The position numbers and the translations under genes were made by a program. From Candidatus Heimdallarchaeota archaeon (lineage in GTDB: Archaea; Asgardarchaeota; Heimdallarchaeia; Heimdallarchaeales; Kariarchaeaceae), in the NCBI GenBank assembly GCA_030149205.1, contig JASBSB010000007.1, positions 330,001-362,000 on the forward strand: a DNA stretch of 32,000 nucleotides, given 5' to 3'. The notes under the pieces were generated by a model. It saw only the letters and a list, made by a program, of their open reading frames with translations. It had not been told where the DNA came from and made no database searches. Positions within the stretch are counted from its first letter, which is position 1. Each line of letters opens with the position of its first letter. This document shows positions 1 to 6,642 of the stretch, piece by piece.

Positions 1-68
1 CTATTTGATTAATTTAATAACTAAACTTAACAAGTTAGTTCTAGTTCCCTTTATAGCCAGATATTAGG

Positions 69-566
69 GTGTGTTATGCTATGTTAAATTTACCTAAAAT
101 AAGGAGGTCCATCTATCAAATTATTCTTTCAAATATACTACTTGTACTTAGTTTTTCTATAATCGATTATTTTGTTGGAATTCCATTTACTGATATTTTT
201 GTGAGTATAGCATTTTCAATTATATCAACAATTTTTTTGATCACTCTTATCTATTCCGTTAAAAATATATGTCAAATAATAGTTGAGAGTGATATTCACC
301 TATTGAGCAAGCACAAAAGACTAGGAACACTTCTTGCATTGATCTCAGCTTTTCCACTCTTGATGGTTAATATTATTTTTTATCCGTTAATTGCCAATTC
401 TAATAGTGATGCACTTTTAGCAGCATTCTTATTCCTTTGGATTCCTATTCTATCAATCGGGTTTGCTTTAGAAGCTGGTTTATTGATGATTCTCTCTTTT
501 TCTCAATTAATCAATTGGGCATACAATTTGAAAAACACAGACATTAACCCTTCGCTGCAACTCTGA
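69..566 (+). CDS. Hypothetical polytopic membrane protein (about 4 TM helices)
   Basis: 165 aa ORF with a GTG start and four long hydrophobic stretches; no family motif recognised. Confidence 0.65.
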   Translation: MCYAMLNLPKIRRSIYQIILSNILLVLSFSIIDYFVGIPFTDIFVSIAFSIISTIFLITLIYSVKNICQIIVESDIHLLSKHKRLGTLLALISAFPLLMVNIIFYPLIANSNSDALLAAFLFLWIPILSIGFALEAGLLMILSFSQLINWAYNLKNTDINPSLQL

Positions 567-623
567 TTAACATCGCTCTTCTATAAAAATTAACAGATTC
601 TTAGGTTGCTGAATCAACGTGGA

Positions 624-697
624 TCATTTGTCCGAGGAGAAGTTCTCTTCTATCCATTGATACAGCTCATCAAAGCTGCTTCATTGAGGTAAGCATG
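624..697 (-). pseudogene. Remnant of the 3' end of the alpha/beta hydrolase gene
   Basis: The minus strand reads HAYLNE-(1-nt frameshift)-SFDELYQWIEENFSSDK*, against HAIFNEHSFDELYQWIEENFNNTG* at the end of 4189-5016. Confidence 0.85.
639..678 (+). repeat. 40-bp direct repeat, copy 1 (copy 2 at 4204-4243)
   Basis: gaagttctcttctatccattgatacagctcatcaaagctg against gaagttctcctctatccattgatacagctcatcaaagctg; 39/40 identical. Confidence 0.95.
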
Positions 698-842
698 CCA
701 AGTTTCCACACGAATCATTTTAACCAAGTACAGTTACCTATAAATTTGAGCCTGATGGAACTCACAGGGGATGAATTAATTTGGGGAATTGCTACCAAGC
801 CCTCGTAAGATTTTTTAATTTGCAATACAGGTTTAATTAGAA

Positions 843-3800
843 ATGGTTTTAGCTGGGCTAGGAACAGTACTATCAATAAAGCTGGGGCAAGAGGTCTCAA
901 CATCTATCGGTGGGGATCAGGGTATGAAACTGGGAAAGAAGTTTATTAATAAACTGACCAAAAAATTTCTCAAAAGAGAGATTTTCAAAAAAAATGTCTC
1001 GGAGATGTCTGCTGAGGAGCTTGAGGGGCTATTCAGTAACCTATTGGATGACATTGGAAAAGAGTATCTCAACACTATATCTGAGTCGATAGATGAGCAG
1101 AGTGTTCAACTTGGGGGAATTGAAAACTCCATTGTCAGCATCCAAGATGATATTCAATCAATTCTTACTGGTCAGCGAGACCTTTCAACCTATTTCATGA
1201 AGGAGCTGTCAGAAAAAGCCTGGCAACCTGAAAACATTTCCAACCTGTTTGCGGAAATTTCAGAATCTCTGTTCTCAATGAATGAGGAAACAAACACTAA
1301 ACTGCTCAACATCTTTAGTGAGAAACTTGAAACTTTCACTCCACGCTTAGATGCAATCAAGAAGGACACCGAGCAAATACTTCACCTGCTACAAGATGGG
1401 CAGAAACTCTCACAGCAAGACCTCGACTTTCTCAAAGATTCAATCAGGTCACAACTAGAGGGGGACCTAAGCTCAGAAGCTCTTTTCAGGCTCTCAGCGA
1501 AGCATATAGGGTGGGTAACTAGGTCAGAACAGTTTCGTAGCAGGGGAGATGTTTCTTTTGATCAGACCCGTTATGTTTCTCGCTCTAATTTTGCTAATAA
1601 TTTCGAAAGCTTTATGCAGTCAGAACAGCAACTGTTTCTCATCCTGGGGGAGGCAGGTATGGGAAAGACCTGGTTTATGGCATCATTGGCCCTTCTTTAT
1701 GTGAAAAAGGGATACCCCGTATTCTTCATCCGTCTGCGCGAAGGGTTTGAAAACACCTTAGAATCCATCTTTGGCATGCGTGCAAGTGTCTTCGAGCGTG
1801 TGTTAGAAAAAAAGGATCTCACAATTGATCCCCCTCTTTTACTTTTCTTTGATGGCTATGATGAAATCAGATATTTTCGTCAAAAAGAAGATTTTATCAA
1901 TGGATTACTTCTGACCATAAATAACAGAACCAAAAAAACAAAAATTGTTGTCTCCTCAAGGTTTTATGATTGGTTTACCAATCGAGAGACAGCAAGGGGT
2001 AAAGCAGTCCACCTTCAGAGGATGCTTTGGCCCCCCTCAGCTAAATACTCGGTTTATCTCCAGCAGTTCACAGATGAGGAGTTTGAAGCTGCAGTCTCCA
2101 GATATGGTGTGGCAGACCAATACTCTGAATGGGATCCCAGAATACAAGAACTTGCCCACCATCCCATCTGGCTCCGATTCATCATTGATGGGTTTCAGAG
2201 CTCTCCAGTTAGCATCTCTGACCCAAGACTCTACTCGATGTATTTTGAGAGAATGGGTCTTGATGACAGTGACCTACCTGTGTTGGTCAAAGTCGCAGAG
2301 AGGTATTATGGGACTGAAAACAGAAGGGTCAGTATCGCCCCACTATATAGATATCGCGATAGAATTGATGGGCTTATATCTGCTTATGTTCTTCGTCTTT
2401 ACCCCGAAACCAATGAAGTTGATTTTACAGTGCCTGAATTTGCTGGGTACTCACTGGCAAAACTCCAATTTTCCTCACTGCTGGATTTGCGGGAAGCCAC
2501 CCGCATCAGCGATCGAACTGCCACAGAACAATCGATACATGAGCTAGATTGGTTAATTCTCAATACAGGTGAAGATGTCAAAACTCTGTTTTGGGGCTTC
2601 CTAAAGGTCTTTGCAGACAGAAAAAGTCTAGATTTGGAACAGCTTATTCCAACAGATACAGGTGATTTGAAAGCATTACCTCAAGCCCATAAAGAAAATA
2701 TCAGCCAAGAAGAGCTTTTCAAAGCAATTCGAATCTACCAGCACAACAAGGAGGTCTATCTGCAGGATTTAGCAGTACACTTGAATCGCTCTGTAGCAGA
2801 TGTATCTGTGGCAGTCAATCAATTTATCAGCAATGGAAAACTTGGAGCAAAAATTGACAGGAAAGGGACAGCAGACCCAGCTGATGACCAACTGATGCTT
2901 GAAAGAGGCTGGGATGTGGAGGCGAGGCAGGAGAGAATATCAGAGTTGAAAAAGTCATTTACCAAAGATTCCGGAATTGAAGAGAGGATTCTTGCTATTA
3001 AAGAGCTACTACAGCTTGGTGATAAGACTGAAAACTGGCAGGAGCAAAAAAACCGGCTAGAAGTAGAGAAACAAGAAAGACTAGAAAAGACCTTTAGAGA
3101 GGCACTGCAGAAATCTGACATCAGAGGTGCCACTGAAGTCATAAATGAGCTGCTTAGATTGGAAAGTATCTCAGATCATGATAGGGCCACTTACGAAAAA
3201 AAGCGCGCCAGAGTTGATAAATTTACAACCTTGGAAAAAACATATGCCTCTCTTTCTGAAAGCAGGGATTATGAGAAGAAATTTAACCTGGTGAATGAAA
3301 TAATTAAACTTGGAATCATGAAGGAAAGGTGGGGGAAAGAACTGGGTAAAATCACTGACTTTATCAAGATTTTAGAACACAACGGAACTCAGATTATAAG
3401 ACATGATCACCTTGTATTGGTGGAACTGGAGAACGCTGTTGGTGAATCTATACCCCATGGACATATTTCTCCCTACCTTCCATTCGGATTTATTGCGAAT
3501 GAGAACAGGGTCATAGCTATTGGCTTATCTGGTAAAGGTTTGAATTCCCTCCCCGAGAGTATAGGTGGGCTGAGCAAGCTGAAGGGACTGTATTTGGACA
3601 GTAATCAGCTGAGCATCCTCCCCGAGAGCATTGGTGAGCTGAGCCGCCTTGAGGTGCTGCAATTGAGTTTTAATGAGCTAAGGGGTCTCCCCGAGAGCAT
3701 TGGTGAACTGAGCAACCTGCAGAGACTGTATTTGGACAGTAATAAGCTGAGCAGCCTCCCCGAGAGTATAACCCAACTCCAATTAGACTTCTTAAACATG

Positions 3801-3887
3801 TGGGAAAACCCAGACCTCAGGCTTAATGATCCTCAGAAAGCATGGATGAAATCTCTTGAAGAGAGAGGCGCGAAAATTTATCGATAA
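843..3887 (+). CDS. NLR-like STAND protein: N-terminal helical region, NACHT NTPase, PCI-like winged helix, helical repeats, C-terminal LRRs
   Basis: Walker A GEAGMGKT (1647-1670), NACHT-type Walker B LLLFFDGYDE (D at 1851), sensor-1 IVVSSR and HD1 proline HHPIWLRFI. C-terminal 23-aa LPESIGxLxxLxxLxLxxNxL repeats run from 3549. Confidence 0.9.
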   Translation: MVLAGLGTVLSIKLGQEVSTSIGGDQGMKLGKKFINKLTKKFLKREIFKKNVSEMSAEELEGLFSNLLDDIGKEYLNTISESIDEQSVQLGGIENSIVSIQDDIQSILTGQRDLSTYFMKELSEKAWQPENISNLFAEISESLFSMNEETNTKLLNIFSEKLETFTPRLDAIKKDTEQILHLLQDGQKLSQQDLDFLKDSIRSQLEGDLSSEALFRLSAKHIGWVTRSEQFRSRGDVSFDQTRYVSRSNFANNFESFMQSEQQLFLILGEAGMGKTWFMASLALLYVKKGYPVFFIRLREGFENTLESIFGMRASVFERVLEKKDLTIDPPLLLFFDGYDEIRYFRQKEDFINGLLLTINNRTKKTKIVVSSRFYDWFTNRETARGKAVHLQRMLWPPSAKYSVYLQQFTDEEFEAAVSRYGVADQYSEWDPRIQELAHHPIWLRFIIDGFQSSPVSISDPRLYSMYFERMGLDDSDLPVLVKVAERYYGTENRRVSIAPLYRYRDRIDGLISAYVLRLYPETNEVDFTVPEFAGYSLAKLQFSSLLDLREATRISDRTATEQSIHELDWLILNTGEDVKTLFWGFLKVFADRKSLDLEQLIPTDTGDLKALPQAHKENISQEELFKAIRIYQHNKEVYLQDLAVHLNRSVADVSVAVNQFISNGKLGAKIDRKGTADPADDQLMLERGWDVEARQERISELKKSFTKDSGIEERILAIKELLQLGDKTENWQEQKNRLEVEKQERLEKTFREALQKSDIRGATEVINELLRLESISDHDRATYEKKRARVDKFTTLEKTYASLSESRDYEKKFNLVNEIIKLGIMKERWGKELGKITDFIKILEHNGTQIIRHDHLVLVELENAVGESIPHGHISPYLPFGFIANENRVIAIGLSGKGLNSLPESIGGLSKLKGLYLDSNQLSILPESIGELSRLEVLQLSFNELRGLPESIGELSNLQRLYLDSNKLSSLPESITQLQLDFLNMWENPDLRLNDPQKAWMKSLEERGAKIYR
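3549..3785 (+). repeat. 69-bp coding tandem repeat (3 full LRR units plus a partial one)
   Basis: Units start ctccccgagag at 3549, 3618, 3687 and 3756; units 1 and 3 are 60/69 identical. Confidence 0.9.
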
Positions 3888-4188
3888 TATTTTCTTGTGT
3901 TTCCACCTATTCCATTACCTCTCTTGAATGTACATCTGTTGCAATTTCAAAACAAATGATCACCATCCTTTGAAGCTATCTGGTATCGCCGGGAGGTGTG
4001 GATACTAAGGTATGTCTTCGATCATAAATCCAGTAAAAAGAGAGAATGCTTCCTTCTACGAGTTGTCGTAGTTTTATCTTAAAAATTGAGGGTCTTTTCA
4101 GGCCATATCTCTCTTTATTGCCAATTCTATCTGGCTAATATAACTCCAAACCCATTAAAAAGCTTGGAAACCGCATTACGCAAACCGG

Positions 4189-5016
4189 TTATCCAGTGTT
4201 ATTGAAGTTCTCCTCTATCCATTGATACAGCTCATCAAAGCTGTGTTCATTAAATATTGCATGTTTTGTGTCTCTCAATATCGCAAATTTTTTCTGGTCT
4301 GCTGGGATCTCCTCATAAAACTTCCGTACATCACTCTCTGCAAACAGTTCGTCTTGGTCTCCCACTGCAACAAACACCGGATACTGCATGGAAGAGGAAA
4401 ACTTGATGTGGTGGGGACCGATTACCCTGAAGAAGCGAGGGGTGTAATCAAAGTTGAACTTTGGGTTATCATACCCTCTCATGCCCTCCCTATAGTAATG
4501 AACCACAGGTCTGCTGGGACTAATCACTCCCCATGTCAGTATCTTTAACATGGTCAGCAGGCTTGTTTTCGGAAAAGCACCCGCTCGAAAGGTTCTGGCT
4601 GCACTCAACAGGGCGAGACCACTTAACTGGTCTTGGAATTTTTGTGCAAACATTGAGGCTGTGATAACACCCATGCTGTGACCGATGGGGATGATGCGCT
4701 CATGATGGCTCTGCAGGAATTCCAGCAGGGTAGCAAAGTCCTGGTAAAGCTGCTCCCCAGATTTATAATCACCCCGTTTCCCCCCTGAGAGCCCATGTCC
4801 CCTTAGATCAAACCCATATGCAGCGAATCCCACATCTGCAATTTTTATCATGAGTTCTCTGTAAGGCTCACTGTGGGCAGTGATGCCATGGAATAACACA
4901 AATGCTGTGTTTGGGTTCTTTGCAGTTGTCCAGTCCCTCAGGAAGAGTTCTGTTCCATCAGCAGAGGTCAGAATATGGAAGTTATCCTGACACTCCTGTC
5001 TCCATTCTTCTATCAC
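4189..5016 (-). CDS. Alpha/beta hydrolase, lysophospholipase/monoacylglycerol lipase-like
   Basis: Oxyanion motif FHGITAH, DLRGHGLSGGKRG, nucleophile elbow GHSMG, acid GDQDEL and catalytic His in KHAIF. Confidence 0.92.
   Translation of the reverse strand: MIEEWRQECQDNFHILTSADGTELFLRDWTTAKNPNTAFVLFHGITAHSEPYRELMIKIADVGFAAYGFDLRGHGLSGGKRGDYKSGEQLYQDFATLLEFLQSHHERIIPIGHSMGVITASMFAQKFQDQLSGLALLSAARTFRAGAFPKTSLLTMLKILTWGVISPSRPVVHYYREGMRGYDNPKFNFDYTPRFFRVIGPHHIKFSSSMQYPVFVAVGDQDELFAESDVRKFYEEIPADQKKFAILRDTKHAIFNEHSFDELYQWIEENFNNTG
4204..4243 (+). repeat. 40-bp direct repeat, copy 2 (inside the hydrolase 3' end)
   Basis: 39/40 match to 639-678. Confidence 0.95.
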
Positions 5017-5036
5017 AGGTTGAATTGGCTGTGTAA

Positions 5037-5050
5037 TTTAAAAATTTCTT
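5037..5050 (-). promoter_or_regulatory. Archaeal BRE-TATA promoter for the hydrolase gene (probably leaderless)
   Basis: The minus strand reads AAGAAA TTTTTAAA, with the TATA box 21-28 nt upstream of the GTG at 5016. Confidence 0.6.
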
Positions 5051-5367
5051 GTTGTTAAAACCCCATAGTGGTTGATTCTGTATTGTAAATTTCGCTCTGG
5101 TCAAATGTTATTCTCAGGGGAATCATAAGGCAATCGAGATGGTCTCGTGTAGGTATTGTGATTTTCTGAATTTTAGTTGTATACCCAAAAGGTACTCTGA
5201 ATATTCTCAAAAGGGTATTCCAAATGTTCTCAAAATTTTCTGGGTACCAGCACTCCAAGATTTCAGCAGATTTCTAATTATCTCGAATGATTTGTCTAGC
5301 ACCATTTATTATGCAGTGAAAAGATAGATCTACAGTGAAAGAATCAAAAATAGATGAAGACTTGCCT

Positions 5368-6642
5368 TCACAGAAAATTATCCTTAATTGTTTTCACCCA
5401 TTCTTGTAAGTATTTTTCATCATCTATGTCATTGAGATCAATGGTGTATGCATAAACAGAACCCCCTTCCCTTTGTTTTCTTGCGATACTTTCTCCAACT
5501 GTGAGTCTCTTCTCTTCATTTTCCAAATTAATGCTTGACGGATAAATCAAAATACAGTTTCGATACTCTAAAGGTGAACCCTTATCTATCATTAAAGTCC
5601 TGATATAATTTCCTGCTTGATTGAAATCTGCCATGTTGATATCATGTTTATACTTGGCATCAAGGATGAGTCTTAATTGCTTATGCTGATCATAAATCAG
5701 GATGTCTGGTTGTGGCCTAAATTTACTCCCTAGAGTTTTGCTCTCTGGAGTTAGTTTAGATGTTTTCTTTTTATTATCCACAGATTTTTCAACACTGTAC
5801 CCCTCAGTTAATGTGTTTTGGATTACTGTTCTTACAAATTTTTCAAAGATATCCCAAGCATTAAAGAAGAATGATTGAAACATTTTTGTTCCTTTGAGAA
5901 GAGACACTTCATTTTGATCTAAAATCAGTTTACAAACAGAGTGTATTTTCTTGTAATGGTATGTTGATCTATCGTAAGTGACTTTCTCAATGTAATCACT
6001 GTCCAAATATGGCAGAAGAGTAACTTCATTGAGCAGGTATAGAATTTCATAAATGTTGGTCTCAGGTATGATTGATACCACAGGAAGTAAAAAAGTTAAT
6101 GTATATTTTATTATTTGATTATGGATATTATCAAATGTAAATCTTCTTTGGTTGCTCCAAAATCCTATCCCTCCATTAATTTGATGATTTATGGTTCGAG
6201 CCAGCAGTAGTTTCCCATCAGGAACCATAAGGTGAGAGGTTTCAGTAATGTACTTCTTTTTCCTTGAAAAAAGTAATACTTCCAAAATACTCTGTAAAAA
6301 GCTCTTTAAGAAAACTTCAAAAAAGGAATTATCATATGAAATTCCTTCAAAGCTATCATCTAAGATTGTAATTACATCTGGTTCAATAAATTTGAGCATG
6401 TAGATAAATTTGGTATTGCTAAATCCAGGCTCGATGATTATGTTATTCTCACCTATTTTAACTAATCCAATCCAATATTTTGTTTTCATTGTAATGAAAT
6501 GGTCATCTTTTACTAGTCTGGTGCTTAAACTTTCGAATAGCTTAGAATACTCTTCTAATTTAAGTAGCTCGTTGATTTCCTCAGTATAAGGGATTTCCAG
6601 AGTTTCGTATTCTTTAACTCTTATCACTTTAGACAAGAACAT
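5368..6642 (-). CDS. mcrC: McrC-family PD-(D/E)xK restriction endonuclease subunit
   Basis: Nuclease motif PQPDILIY...ILDAKYK, and the McrC-typical FTFDNIHNQIIKYTL and NAWDIFEKFV. It sits directly downstream of mcrB. The ATG at 6642 overlaps the mcrB stop (TGATG); the ORF track uses the GTG at 6645. Confidence 0.88.
   Translation of the reverse strand: MFLSKVIRVKEYETLEIPYTEEINELLKLEEYSKLFESLSTRLVKDDHFITMKTKYWIGLVKIGENNIIIEPGFSNTKFIYMLKFIEPDVITILDDSFEGISYDNSFFEVFLKSFLQSILEVLLFSRKKKYITETSHLMVPDGKLLLARTINHQINGGIGFWSNQRRFTFDNIHNQIIKYTLTFLLPVVSIIPETNIYEILYLLNEVTLLPYLDSDYIEKVTYDRSTYHYKKIHSVCKLILDQNEVSLLKGTKMFQSFFFNAWDIFEKFVRTVIQNTLTEGYSVEKSVDNKKKTSKLTPESKTLGSKFRPQPDILIYDQHKQLRLILDAKYKHDINMADFNQAGNYIRTLMIDKGSPLEYRNCILIYPSSINLENEEKRLTVGESIARKQREGGSVYAYTIDLNDIDDEKYLQEWVKTIKDNFL

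Noticed and set aside
1945-2547. 200-aa plus-strand ORF
   Set aside because: It lies wholly within the NLR-like CDS in another frame and has no motifs; a shadow ORF.
3549-3785. Possible DGR template/variable repeat pair among the LRR units
   Set aside because: The differences are not restricted to adenines, the units are adjacent and in frame, and no reverse transcriptase is in the window.
5055-5327. Small ORFs between the hydrolase and mcrC
   Set aside because: They are short, conflict between strands and have no motifs. A stop-interrupted minus frame (MVLDKSFEIIRNLL...) may be a remnant but cannot be assigned.
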